DNA from: Caedibacter taeniospiralis
Lineage (GTDB): Bacteria; Pseudomonadota; Gammaproteobacteria; Francisellales; Francisellaceae
Length of the DNA stretch: 32,000 bases
Direction: 5' to 3'
Assembly: GCF_002803295.2 (NCBI RefSeq)
Contig: NZ_PGGB02000001.1
Span: 77,477 to 109,476 of the forward strand
Shown: one piece after another, positions 1 to 9,788 of the stretch
Layout of the letters: every line of letters begins with the position of its first letter
How positions within the stretch are numbered: the first letter of the stretch is position 1
Program-made: the position numbers and the translations under genes
Notes under the pieces: generated by a model
Seen by the model: only the letters and a program-made list of their open reading frames with translations
The model's database searches: none
What the model was told of the DNA's origin: nothing

Positions 1-298
1 TTAAGACAACCCCAGCCCCTGCTTTTAACCTCTTCACCATAAAGGCAACTACTGGCGTTGGAATGATGCCCAGGTTAATGACATTGACTCCTGTAGCGGT
101 GATCCCCGCAACAAAAGCAGATTTCAGCATATCAGAAGATCGTCTGGTATCCTGCCCAATGACAACCGTTAATGGTAAACCCTGGTCACGCAATGTACAT
201 CCCACAGCATTTCCCAGTTTCATTGCAAACTCAGGCGTAATGGGATTTACCCCGACCTTGCCACGCACCCCATCCGTGCCAAAATATTTTCTTGCCAT
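1..298 (-). CDS. glmM: Phosphoglucosamine mutase, N-terminal part (truncated by window edge)
   Basis: Reverse-complement translation from ATG at 298: MARKYFGTDGVRGKVGVNPITPEFAMKLGNAVG..., the GlmM N-terminal motif KYFGTDGVRG. Absent from the ORF track because it is open at the window edge. Confidence 0.93.
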   Translation of the reverse strand, partial: MARKYFGTDGVRGKVGVNPITPEFAMKLGNAVGCTLRDQGLPLTVVIGQDTRRSSDMLKSAFVAGITATGVNVINLGIIPTPVVAFMVKRLKAGAGVVL

Positions 299-487
299 GT
301 TCTCTCATTATTTTAAATTTCAAACGCCTGACATTATGCACACCTTAAGAAAAATGGTTAAGTGGTTTTTAGTGAAAAACGCATACCCATTTCATATCAC
401 ACTTGTTACAATACTGGCGATTTTCAACAAGCACTGAATGCTTTGCAATCGTTTTAAAAGTGTATAGACAAACTAAGGGATAGAATA

Positions 488-1456
488 ATGGATCGCAATT
501 TAGCACTAGAAACTGTTCGTGTCACCGAAGCTGCCGCTTTATCTGCCTGGCGCCAAATGGGTCGAGGCGATGAAAAAGCTGCCGACCAGGTTGCCGTCGA
601 CGCAATGCGCCGCGCCTTAAATGGTCTTAATATCGATGGCACCGTTGTTATTGGCGAAGGCGAGCGTGATGAGGCTCCCATGCTTTATATCGGTGAAAAA
701 GTTGGCAAAGGCGGACCCAAGGTTGATATTGCCCTGGACCCACTAGAAGGCACAACCATCACTGCCAAAGGCGGACCCAATGCACTTGCTGTGATCGCCA
801 TGGCAGAGGATGGTGGATTCTTAAACGCTCCTGATGTCTACATGGAAAAAATTGCGGTTGGTGGGCATGGCATTCCTTATGATCTTATCGATATTAACGC
901 AACTCCTCATGAGAATTTAAAGCGATTAGCTCAGTTTAAAGGAGTCCCGCTTGAGGCACTTGTGGTTTGCATTTTAGATCGCCCGCGCCACGAGGAGATT
1001 ATTCGTAAAGTTCGCGAAGCGGGTGCGCGCATCGCCCTTATTGGTGATGGCGATGTCTCAGCCGTCATCGCAACGGCACACGAAGATAGCGGTATTGATA
1101 TGTACATGGGGACAGGGGGGGCACCTGAGGGGGTGCTTGCTGCCGCCGCACTACGGTGTTTAGGGGGGCAAATGCAGGGGCGCCTTATTTTTAGGAATGA
1201 TGACGAAAAATCACGCGCCAAGAAATGGGGAATTACCAATTTAAATAAAGTATATCATTTAACCGATTTAGCCTCGGGGAATGTGCTTTTTACCGCAACT
1301 GGTGTCACTGACGGACAAATGCTTAAAGGAGTTAAGCGCAAGGGTCTGTTTGCTAAAACACACAGCTTAGTTATGCGCTCAGTTTCAGGAACGATCCGTC
1401 ACATCGAAGCCGAACATAATTTCAACTTCAAGAAAGGATTTGAATATCTAGGCTAA
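488..1456 (+). CDS. glpX: Class II fructose-1,6-bisphosphatase
   Basis: 322 aa; MDRNLALETVRVTEAAALSAWRQMGRGDEKAADQVAVDAMRRAL and DGTVVIGEGERDEAPMLYIGE are GlpX hallmarks. Confidence 0.96.
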   Translation: MDRNLALETVRVTEAAALSAWRQMGRGDEKAADQVAVDAMRRALNGLNIDGTVVIGEGERDEAPMLYIGEKVGKGGPKVDIALDPLEGTTITAKGGPNALAVIAMAEDGGFLNAPDVYMEKIAVGGHGIPYDLIDINATPHENLKRLAQFKGVPLEALVVCILDRPRHEEIIRKVREAGARIALIGDGDVSAVIATAHEDSGIDMYMGTGGAPEGVLAAAALRCLGGQMQGRLIFRNDDEKSRAKKWGITNLNKVYHLTDLASGNVLFTATGVTDGQMLKGVKRKGLFAKTHSLVMRSVSGTIRHIEAEHNFNFKKGFEYLG

Positions 1457-1471
1457 GGGCTAAGGTAAAGC

Positions 1472-2344
1472 ATGCTCTCACACAAACAACTGACTGTTTT
1501 TACTGCCATTGCTGAGCATGGCAGCATCACCAAAGCATCAGAAAGCCTCAATTTGACACAACCTGCTTTAAGCTCGGCACTTTCTAGCCTTGAGAGTGAA
1601 CTTGGCGTCAGGCTCTTTGATAGAATTGACCGCAAAATTGTGCTCAACCATAATGGTGAACTTCTTTATCCCAAGGTTATGCAGCTACTTGAAGACACTG
1701 CCAAAATCCAAAACTTCTTCAATCACGAGCAAACGCTAACGGGCAGCATTCACATTGCCGCAAGTAACACCATTGGTAATTATATTTTGCCGCCATTGAT
1801 GGCAAGCTTCAAAGAAAAGCATCCTGACACACAGCTTGCATTATCTATCGGTAACAGCGAGCAAGTCATTGAGTCCGTTGTTGGACACCAGGCTGATATT
1901 GGCTTTATTGAGACTCCCTGCTTAAATAACCAGATCAATAGTTTTGCTTTTGCCAAAGATCAATTAGTATTATTTGTTCGTCACGGACATCCTCTGGCTA
2001 AACAAAAAATCGTCAGTGTTGGCGAGCTGAAACAGCACCCCTTTATTCTGCGTGAAAAAGGCTCTGGCAGCCGAACTGTTGTCGAACAAATACTGCTTCC
2101 GTTATTGAACTATCAATTAAATCTATTTTTAGAGCTTGGTAGTAGCGGCGCAATATGCCTTGCAACTGAGCGCAGTGACGCCATAGGCTGCGTCTTGGCT
2201 TCAGCCTTGCAAAATCAGAAAACCATTCATGTTTTGAATTGCCCAGAGATAAGACTGGAAAGGGATTTTTTCGTTGTCCAAAACAGACGCGCGCACATCT
2301 CCGAGCTTACTGAGGAATGGCTGGACTGGGTGATCAATAAATAA
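1472..2344 (+). CDS. LysR-family transcriptional regulator
   Basis: 290 aa; N-terminal wHTH LTVFTAIAEHGSITKASESLNLTQPALSSALSSLESELGVRLFDR, followed by a LysR substrate-binding domain. Confidence 0.93.
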   Translation: MLSHKQLTVFTAIAEHGSITKASESLNLTQPALSSALSSLESELGVRLFDRIDRKIVLNHNGELLYPKVMQLLEDTAKIQNFFNHEQTLTGSIHIAASNTIGNYILPPLMASFKEKHPDTQLALSIGNSEQVIESVVGHQADIGFIETPCLNNQINSFAFAKDQLVLFVRHGHPLAKQKIVSVGELKQHPFILREKGSGSRTVVEQILLPLLNYQLNLFLELGSSGAICLATERSDAIGCVLASALQNQKTIHVLNCPEIRLERDFFVVQNRRAHISELTEEWLDWVINK

Positions 2345-2471
2345 TTTCAATCCATGACATAAATTCTACGTACTTTTATTTATTTATAAAACCCTGTAAA
2401 TTATCCGAAAATAAAGCGGCAACTGAGTCTATATCAAGTTCCTTTTAGCTTAAATCAATCATTGAAGTCAG

Positions 2472-3482
2472 GTGTACTGTATTATGAAACAAAGATTACA
2501 CGCAATACTCGAAAAAGTGCCAACGCCAATGGCAGGTTTAGCACTTGGCATTTCAGGTCTGGGTTGGTCTGCTGACAATGCGTTGCCTACAAATAACACA
2601 CTACAAATAACCTCCGCTGCAATAGCTTTTGTATTACTTCTACTGGTTACCGCAAAATTCATCATTTGGCCACAAAAACTACGCGATGACCTGGCTCATC
2701 CAGTTGTTGGCAGTGTTGTCCCAACCTTTGCTATGGCGCTAATGATCATCTCAAACAGCATCAACTACTTTAATCACCTGGCAGCGGAACTTATCTGGTT
2801 ATTTGCCGTTAGCATCCATCTGCTGTTTTTGGCAACTTTTATTTATCACCGCATGAAAGAATTTAAACTCCATCACATGGTGCCATCGTGGTTCGTTCCC
2901 CCTGTTGGAATTATTGTTGCTGATGTCGCCTTTCCAGGCGGTGCCCTGCAGCCACTTGCGATTGCTTTACTTTATTTCGGATTAATCAGTTATGCAATTT
3001 TACTGCCTTTAATGCTCTATCGAATCATGTTCACTCATGAGATCCCTGATGCGGCGAAACCGACTATCGCTATTTTTGCTGCTCCCGCGAGCTTGTCGCT
3101 AGCGGGCTACCTAAATGTTGTACGCGATCCATCCCCTCTTATTGTGATGCTCTTATTGGGTATTGCTATCTTAATGACTGTAATGATTTATCTTAGCTTT
3201 ATTAAACTGATGAGCCTTCCTTTTAGTCCAGGATTTGCAGCATTCACCTTCCCTCTGGCGATTGGCTCCACAGCACTATTTAAGACAGCTCACTGGGCGG
3301 AAAACGCTTTACAACTTGCACCACAGACCAGCAGCCAAATTCACTACCTGGCGATTTTTGAGTTAATGATTGCTGCTTCGGTTATTGGTTATGTTGCCTG
3401 GAAATACTTTTATCACTTGGTGCTTGAGAATATTTTGCCAGATAAATGCCTACAAATTGAGAAACCCATATTCCCATTGTAA
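2472..3482 (+). CDS. TDT/SLAC1-family (TehA-like) membrane transporter
   Basis: 336 aa, about 10 hydrophobic segments; VPTPMAGLALGISGLGW and VGSVVPTFAMALMIISN resemble TehA/TDT family proteins. Start may be the internal ATG at 2484 (MKQRLHAI). Confidence 0.8.
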   Translation: MYCIMKQRLHAILEKVPTPMAGLALGISGLGWSADNALPTNNTLQITSAAIAFVLLLLVTAKFIIWPQKLRDDLAHPVVGSVVPTFAMALMIISNSINYFNHLAAELIWLFAVSIHLLFLATFIYHRMKEFKLHHMVPSWFVPPVGIIVADVAFPGGALQPLAIALLYFGLISYAILLPLMLYRIMFTHEIPDAAKPTIAIFAAPASLSLAGYLNVVRDPSPLIVMLLLGIAILMTVMIYLSFIKLMSLPFSPGFAAFTFPLAIGSTALFKTAHWAENALQLAPQTSSQIHYLAIFELMIAASVIGYVAWKYFYHLVLENILPDKCLQIEKPIFPL

Positions 3483-3536
3483 AGCTGGGGGTTGTCGATG
3501 GGTGCATTCCAAAGTCTTCACGTTTTTTGATTTACC

Positions 3537-4019
3537 TTACGAAATCGAAACACCTTTTTCAAAAGTCGCTTTACTTTGCATAAAAAGAGAAAGGCTGTCA
3601 TCGCGACCTGTGGAAACGTCTGTTTTTGCCGACGCCTCGTCAAAAGCATTATTAAATGCTTTTGCTGTATATGCGTTTTGAGCTAAAAAGACTTTGAGAT
3701 TTTGAGAGCCACTGTCAACTAAATAATGATCCCTTAAGCCTTGCATGGTCGTTGAAAATTCTTTTGGATTCGACTCCAGTGTGTCCACAAAGGCTTTAAA
3801 CTGCTCAAATGTTTTGTTGCTTGCTGCCATAGGGGATAATGTAAACCACGCCACAAAAGCATCATCTTTTTGAATGCCTTTATCCACCAGGGTTTGTACA
3901 AATCCTGACTCTTTAGTTAAAAGAAATTGCTCCATGTTTTCAATTCTACTTGCAGTATTCAGCTTTTCTTTTCTTAATTCTTGTAATTTTGACTCTACTT
4001 TTTCAATATTAACGCTCAT
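3537..4019 (-). CDS. Hypothetical protein with predicted N-terminal coiled coil
   Basis: 160 aa intact ORF; charged helical N-terminus; no family recognised. Confidence 0.6.
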   Translation of the reverse strand: MSVNIEKVESKLQELRKEKLNTASRIENMEQFLLTKESGFVQTLVDKGIQKDDAFVAWFTLSPMAASNKTFEQFKAFVDTLESNPKEFSTTMQGLRDHYLVDSGSQNLKVFLAQNAYTAKAFNNAFDEASAKTDVSTGRDDSLSLFMQSKATFEKGVSIS

Positions 4020-4283
4020 TCTTGTTATCCCTTAAATTAATTTGGCTATGTTAGCGTTATTTCGTGGAAATCTACTCTCATTTTTACAACCTGTATGGTT
4101 AGCTGCGACTATATTTCCCACCCACTCTACGCTAACAGGGTCATTAAGTTTTAATTGTTACTGTTTTTGCAAAGCATCTGTACTGATGCCTGGCACTAAA
4201 GTTACTCTTATTTACTTAGAGTTACAATATTTGGCAATTCTATCGGACAATTTGATTGGTTTAGACTACGCTACAGCGTTTTA

Positions 4284-5399
4284 TTAGATCTCAAAACATT
4301 GTGTCATGACTTTTAACACTTCATCGCCTTCGTGTACGGTTGCCGATGAGGTGCGAGTCAATAATAAAGCTTCTTGTGCCAAGGTCAAAACTTGTGGTTC
4401 AGCTAAAGCTAAAATACTGCTTTTATCATATACAGTCGCAAGTGGAGTATTGGGCTTTTGCAAGCCACCTAACAGGTGATCGGCATAAGCCACCATCCCT
4501 CCCATCGGCGCTCTAATACGAAAAAAGTCGCGCTCAAGGCAGGCATACTGCGGCATATGAGGTTTCGCTATGTCAGTATTTTTAATATAGGCGATGATGC
4601 CTTTAAGCAAGGTTTCAGCATTTCCTAAGTCAAAACTCTCTTTATTCCCCATCTCATAGGTGAACGCATGTTTTGGTGGTACTTTGTTTTCGCCTGTGAG
4701 ATTATTCCAACACTCGGTCAGCTGCCACCAGGGATAAAAAATAGCCTGGTTAAAACAGCCACTTGGCTCATTGGGGGTCAAAATAAACGCATTGCTGTTA
4801 AAATGTCTTAAGCGTTCATCTTGCAAATAGTTAGGGGCATAGATATATGGCACTGAAATGGAATCACAGTGCAAATCAAAGCTAAAATCAGCATTTAGCG
4901 CCAGATGGTGCAGGATATTGGCAAGCTTCTCATACGGTGCATTATCGTGCTGAAAGCAGGTGTTCAAACGCTCTCTTAACAAAGCTAAAAACCGCTCACA
5001 CAGCACCACAAACCCCTGTTTTTGATGCGCTTTAACAAAGGCATCTAAATCAATTGCAGGCAACTTGCCATAGGGCATCAGCAGATTTTTAAATCCGCGA
5101 TTCCAATTCTCACCCGTTTTGGCATCAAAGCGCCCATAGGTGTACTCACCAATTTTGATATCCATCGCAAACGGATTAGCAAACGGCACTAAGGTCACAT
5201 TGTAGGGAAAATCATGCGTCTCTAAATATTGCCGCAGTAGATAAATCAAGGCAATGCCATTGCTTTCAGCAGCATGCAATGCCGCTTGCATGTAAATATT
5301 CGCCTTGGCCTTAGGGTGTCTATATTCCATGACACTGAGGCTATGGGTTAATCCTGAAATAGTTGTTCTAAAAGGAATTTCTCTAATTTGTATCATCAT
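4284..5399 (-). CDS. Succinylglutamate desuccinylase/aspartoacylase (M14-like) metallohydrolase
   Basis: 371 aa; HxxE zinc motif in YMQAALHAAESNG, later His in DFSFDLHCDS. Last gene of the operon; overlaps dapF by 4 nt. Confidence 0.75.
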   Translation of the reverse strand: MMIQIREIPFRTTISGLTHSLSVMEYRHPKAKANIYMQAALHAAESNGIALIYLLRQYLETHDFPYNVTLVPFANPFAMDIKIGEYTYGRFDAKTGENWNRGFKNLLMPYGKLPAIDLDAFVKAHQKQGFVVLCERFLALLRERLNTCFQHDNAPYEKLANILHHLALNADFSFDLHCDSISVPYIYAPNYLQDERLRHFNSNAFILTPNEPSGCFNQAIFYPWWQLTECWNNLTGENKVPPKHAFTYEMGNKESFDLGNAETLLKGIIAYIKNTDIAKPHMPQYACLERDFFRIRAPMGGMVAYADHLLGGLQKPNTPLATVYDKSSILALAEPQVLTLAQEALLLTRTSSATVHEGDEVLKVMTQCFEI

Positions 5400-6178
5400 A
5401 TTTCCCCTATATTTCCACTAAAAATCGTTTTGATTGCACCGGTTAATAAAACCTCTTCTGCCATACACTCAACAATGAGCTGGCTAACTGCATTTTCCAC
5501 CGTCACCTTGGGTTTTAATCGCCCAAGATAAACTCCTGAAAAAACACAGGCAATGCTGCCACTGCCACACGATGGCGTGATTCCCGTACCACGCTCCCAA
5601 TGCTCAACATAGATTCGATCGTATGCCAACTGTTTTACTGCATGAACATTTATACCACCTTGATATCTTTGCTGCAGCGACATCCCAAGTTCATCAAAGG
5701 AGCCTGCCTCATTAAGATTACGCCATAACACCAGATGGGGATTCCCCACATCCACTTCCACAGCGGCATCAAACTCCGAATCATCTGTGATGATATATTG
5801 CCCAGGCTTAATACTGGGCAATGGAAAAGCGACCTGAATCCAATCATGTGCGATCATCTGGCAACGATGCACAAAGCCTCCTACTTCAATTTCAACATGC
5901 TGAGTGTTCTTTTCCGCCAATAGCAAACTTGCCACGGCGCGTAAACCATTGCCACATTGCTTTGCCTTAGAGCCATCTTGATTATAGATGTGCATGCTGG
6001 CATCCGCTTTGCCTGATTTTCTAATCAAAAGCAGCTGATCGGCGCCCACGCCAAAGCGCCGATCACAGATTTGTTTAACTTGCTGGGGCTGCCAATTGCG
6101 TGGACGCTCTCGTTCATCGATTACGACGAAGTCATTGCCCAGCGCGCACATCTTGGTAAATATAAGTGGCTTATTCAC
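5396..6178 (-). CDS. dapF: Diaminopimelate epimerase (divergent DapF)
   Basis: 260 aa; FTKMCALGNDFVVID, KQCGNGLRAVA (first catalytic Cys) and GTGITPSCGSGSIACVF (second catalytic Cys). Confidence 0.88.
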   Translation of the reverse strand: MNKPLIFTKMCALGNDFVVIDERERPRNWQPQQVKQICDRRFGVGADQLLLIRKSGKADASMHIYNQDGSKAKQCGNGLRAVASLLLAEKNTQHVEIEVGGFVHRCQMIAHDWIQVAFPLPSIKPGQYIITDDSEFDAAVEVDVGNPHLVLWRNLNEAGSFDELGMSLQQRYQGGINVHAVKQLAYDRIYVEHWERGTGITPSCGSGSIACVFSGVYLGRLKPKVTVENAVSQLIVECMAEEVLLTGAIKTIFSGNIGEI

Positions 6179-7409
6179 TGAGGTAATCCTTAAAAATCAA
6201 TGAGGTATTAATTCCGCCAAAGGCGAAATTATTGCTCATGACAATATTCGTTTTAATCGCTTGTGCGCTACCCATAATATAATTAAGTCCTGCACAGGCT
6301 GCATCGACTTCGACAAGATTTGCCGTGGGCATAAACAAACCATCTTTCATCATCATGATGCTAAGCCAGGATTCCAGCGCACCACAAGCTCCCAGAGTAT
6401 GACCGAAATTGCCCTTCAATGAACTGATCGGAACCTGGTTACCAAAGATTGCAAAAGTTGCCTCACTTTCGGCAATATCCCCTCTATCAGTCGCGGTACC
6501 GTGCGCTGAAATATAGCCGATATCTTGAGCCTCAAGCTTTGCATCACTTAAAGCAAGTTTTAATGCTTCAACCATTTTCTCGGCGGTGGGCTGGGTGATA
6601 TGCCTTGCATCACAATTGGTACCAAAACCCGCGACTTCGGCATAAATCTTAGCTCCTCGCGCCTTGGCATGCTCATATTCCTCCAGAATCAATGTACAAG
6701 CCCCTTCACCAAGCACGAGCCCATCTCTGTTTTTATCAAATGGTCTTGGCGTTAAGTGTGGGGAGTCGTTCTTTTGACTCGTTGCAAACAAAGTATCAAA
6801 AATCGTCACCTGGCTTGGACATAACTCTTCAGCACCTCCTGCTAACATGATCTTTTGATAGCCGTGCTTAATCGCTTCATACGCATAACCAATCGCCTGT
6901 GAGCTTGAGGTACATGCGCTGGATGTTGGAATTACGCGTCCTGTTAGACCAAAAATCAGTGCTATATTAACTGCACAGGTGTGACTCATTGATTTCAAAT
7001 AAGTTGTTGCACTGACATTTTTCACCGTGCATTCTGTTCTTATTTTTATCAGATCACACAAGGCTTCAGTACTCCCAGAGCAAGAGCCATAGGCAATCCC
7101 AACCTGTCCACTTTCCAGTAACTCAAACTCTTCCAACAACCCTGCATCCATCAACGCATTTTCACTTGCTACGGTCGCAAGATGGGCTACACGCCCCATT
7201 GATCTTAGCTGCTTACGCGTATAGTGTTCAGGCATTTTAAAATCAAGAATTGGCGCGCCAAGATTGGTATGTAACCCTTGAATCTGTGACCACTTACTCA
7301 TTCTTTTTATGGCTGTTTTACCACTAAGCAACGCCTCTTTAATAGTTTCCCAATCACTTCCTAGAGCGCTGACTCCAGCCATTCCTGTAATCACAACACG
7401 CTCTGTCAT
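6171..7409 (-). CDS. Beta-ketoacyl-ACP synthase (ApeR/FabF-like)
   Basis: Motifs TSSACTSSSQ (Cys), YISAHGTATD (His), KGNFGHTLGA (His), C-terminal MSNNFAFGGINTSLIF. ORF track start 7469 is probably too long; ATG at 7409 (MTERVVITGMAG) gives an ATGA overlap with the upstream gene. Confidence 0.9.
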   Translation of the reverse strand: MTERVVITGMAGVSALGSDWETIKEALLSGKTAIKRMSKWSQIQGLHTNLGAPILDFKMPEHYTRKQLRSMGRVAHLATVASENALMDAGLLEEFELLESGQVGIAYGSCSGSTEALCDLIKIRTECTVKNVSATTYLKSMSHTCAVNIALIFGLTGRVIPTSSACTSSSQAIGYAYEAIKHGYQKIMLAGGAEELCPSQVTIFDTLFATSQKNDSPHLTPRPFDKNRDGLVLGEGACTLILEEYEHAKARGAKIYAEVAGFGTNCDARHITQPTAEKMVEALKLALSDAKLEAQDIGYISAHGTATDRGDIAESEATFAIFGNQVPISSLKGNFGHTLGACGALESWLSIMMMKDGLFMPTANLVEVDAACAGLNYIMGSAQAIKTNIVMSNNFAFGGINTSLIFKDYLSE

Positions 7410-8134
7410 ATGAGTCCACCATTGACTGAAATCACTTGGCGCGTGATGTAACTTGCAGCATCTGAGCATAGAAAGTTAATGACAGCGGCGACCTCTTCCA
7501 CTGTACCCGCGCGACGCATGGGGATACGTTTTTCAATTTCGTTTTTGTACTCTAAATCCTTGGTCATATCAGTTTCTATCAAGCCAGGAGCAACGCAATT
7601 GACGGTAATTTTACGTTTAGCAAGTTCCAATGCCAGGGCTTTAGTCGCACCAATAATGCCTGATTTTGCCGCACTATAATTGACCTGTCCTTTATTGCCA
7701 GCCATTCCTGAGACTGATGCCAGCGTCACGATTCTGCCACCTGTACGCTGCTGAATCATCGGCATCACACAGGGCTTTAGCACATTGTAGAAGCCATCGA
7801 GGTTGGTATGAATGACACGATCCGACATATCTTCTTCCATTGCAGGAAACGGCACATCCAGACAAATGCCCGCATTATTAACAACCGCATAAAATGCGCC
7901 ATTTTGCGCAATTTCTGCCATCAGCCTCTCTTTACAGGCTGCTCTATCTTGTATATCAAACTGGATTAAACAAGCCTTTCTGCCATTTTCCTCAATGAGG
8001 CGAGCGGTTTCTTTTGCCCCCTTATCATCACGATGGTAATGCACGACCACTTCAAACCCTGATTGTGCGAGCATAATCGCCACACTTTGACCAATGCCTT
8101 TACTGGCCCCCGTTACTAACGCTCTTCTAGTCAA
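7406..8134 (-). CDS. 3-oxoacyl-ACP reductase (ApeQ/FabG-like SDR)
   Basis: 242 aa; RALVTGASKGIGQSVA, NNAGI, YSAAKSGIIGATKALALELA, NCVAPGLIETDMT. Confidence 0.93.
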   Translation of the reverse strand: MTRRALVTGASKGIGQSVAIMLAQSGFEVVVHYHRDDKGAKETARLIEENGRKACLIQFDIQDRAACKERLMAEIAQNGAFYAVVNNAGICLDVPFPAMEEDMSDRVIHTNLDGFYNVLKPCVMPMIQQRTGGRIVTLASVSGMAGNKGQVNYSAAKSGIIGATKALALELAKRKITVNCVAPGLIETDMTKDLEYKNEIEKRIPMRRAGTVEEVAAVINFLCSDAASYITRQVISVNGGLI

Positions 8135-8588
8135 AATTTTTCCCTTGAATAATTTGTTTAAACTCTATCTCACTAGGCTGATACGCACTAAATTTAGCCG
8201 ATGCCACACATTTTCCCTCCTGGTGAATTTCACATAAAAAAACTCCCAAAGGATCGCTAATCATCTCTTTTTTGGCAATGACGGTCAAAGTATCCCCTTC
8301 ATTAAAGCTCACTTGCTCTGTTTTAAAATTTCTCACACTAATCATAAACCCACGCCTTGGAGCATGTTGCTCTTTATCACCCTGAAAATAGGCAAGGGCA
8401 GCGGATGCCTGCGCCATCATCTCAATGCCAACCCAAGCATAAACCCCCTTGATTTCTTTGTCATAGAAAATATGCTCTGGGGTAATTTTAACCCCGCAAA
8501 CAGCCTGATCTTCATTAACCTGCTCGAAGGTGTCAATCAACCGCATCGGCGGTGATTGTGGGATTATTTCACTTAAATCATACTGCAT
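8127..8588 (-). CDS. ApeP-like hotdog dehydratase (3-hydroxyacyl-ACP dehydratase)
   Basis: IIPQSPPMRLIDTFEQV...GIEMMAQASAALAYF matches the ApeP-type hotdog pattern. The track starts at a TTG (8624); ATG at 8588 (MQYDLSEII) is the more likely start. Confidence 0.8.
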   Translation of the reverse strand: MQYDLSEIIPQSPPMRLIDTFEQVNEDQAVCGVKITPEHIFYDKEIKGVYAWVGIEMMAQASAALAYFQGDKEQHAPRRGFMISVRNFKTEQVSFNEGDTLTVIAKKEMISDPLGVFLCEIHQEGKCVASAKFSAYQPSEIEFKQIIQGKNFD

Positions 8589-8598
8589 ACTCAGTCCA

Positions 8599-9788
8599 TC
8601 ACATAAAACAATGACTATTGCCAATAATTAAACTGACGTTATTACCACCGAAATACTCATAAAGCAGGGCTTTTCCCAAACGCTTTTATCATTCGTTAAT
8701 TGGATTGCCGATAATTTTGGGTCAAAATGATCATTGTTTACTTGTGCAGGTAACTTTCTCTCAGGGTTATATGCTTTCAAGAGTAAAAGCGCACATAATG
8801 CCATCTCCGTCGCACTTGCAGCACCCAAAGTGTGACCTGTTAGAGGCTTAGTTGAGCTGCAGCATACGCGATCCGCAAAGACTTCATAAATTGCGCAACT
8901 TTCCATCGCATCATTTTTGGGCGTTGCCGTCCCATGCGTGTTGATATAGGCAATATCCATGGGCTTAATATTGGCGTCCATGAGTGCATTAAGCATCGCT
9001 TGTTTTGCCCCTTTGCCTTCTGGGTCTGGGGAGGTGATATGATAGGCATCAGAAGTCTCACCGCCGCCTAATAACTCAAGTTCGCTTGAATGCTTACTTA
9101 AAATAAATAATGCCACACCTTCTCCAATATTAATGCCATCCCGATTTTGCTGAAACGGCTGGCAAATACCACTTGAGATAGAATCTAGCGCATCAAAGCC
9201 ATTTAGTGGCAATTGCGATAAGCTATCGGCTCCACCAACAATACACAAATCACACAGTCCTGCCTTGATTAGGTGTTTTGCGGACATAAATGCTTTGCCA
9301 CTGGAAGAACAGGCAGTTGAGATCACATAGGCAGGACCTCGGGCAGCTGCAAGTTTTGCAACAAACTCCGCCATTGTGCCAAATTCCTGCTGATGATAAT
9401 GAAAACTCCTTGGCATTTGCCCTGTCCTGGCATAATGCTGATAAGCCATCTCTCCTTCTAAAATGCCTGAGGTACTTGTGCCTAAGATCACGCCTATTCT
9501 TTCTGGATTCATCTTGTGTGATAAATCTTCATAGGCGGACTTTATTTCCTGAAATGCTTTAAATAGCAATCGATTATTATGACAGTCAACCTGCTGATAT
9601 TGCTCTGGCAAACTCGTTAGCTGAGCTGTCACTTTTCCCACATAGGTTTTCCTGCCACTAAAGAGCGCATCATATGGAATCAGCACTGCGCGATTCGCCA
9701 GTAACGCCCTGGCAACTTCTTCTTTACCATCACCTAGCGCATTGATCACAGCAAAATCATTAATATAGACATTATTTTTCATATTCAA
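8599..9788 (-). CDS. Beta-ketoacyl-ACP synthase (ApeO/FabB-like), apparently frameshifted near the C-terminus
   Basis: Annotated ORF 8628..9788 has ISTACSSSGK, YINTHGTATP and STKPLTGHTLGAA but ends FMSISVVITSV*. The expected FGGNNVSLIIG end is encoded in another frame (8652 down to a TGA at 8601..8599). Confidence 0.85.

Noticed and set aside
63-437. Plus-strand ORF of 124 aa
   Set aside because: Antisense to the glmM 5' part (minus strand, 1..298), whose translation is unmistakable.
931-1239. Antisense ORF inside glpX
   Set aside because: Shadow ORF of a well-conserved gene. The same reasoning applies to 454..681, 1453..1647, 2468..2665, 5650..5847, 7479..7679, 8313..8555, 8840..9061, 9290..9562, 9836..10090, 10581..10907, 11491..11769, 12593..12862, 13269..13508, 14683..14910, 16694..16882, 17291..17515, 17843..18169, 21137..21475, 23536..23934, 24731..25072 and others.
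4042-4287. 81-aa ORF between the hypothetical gene and the M14-like gene
   Set aside because: No recognisable family, no clear Shine-Dalgarno noted, and it fills an intergenic gap opposite the operon. Could be spurious; not supported as a gene.
6171-7469. Start of the second KS at 7469 with a 64-nt overlap into fabG
   Set aside because: MLRCCKLHHAPSDFSQWWTH is not KS-like; ATG 7409 gives a conventional ATGA overlap and the expected TERVVITGMAG start.
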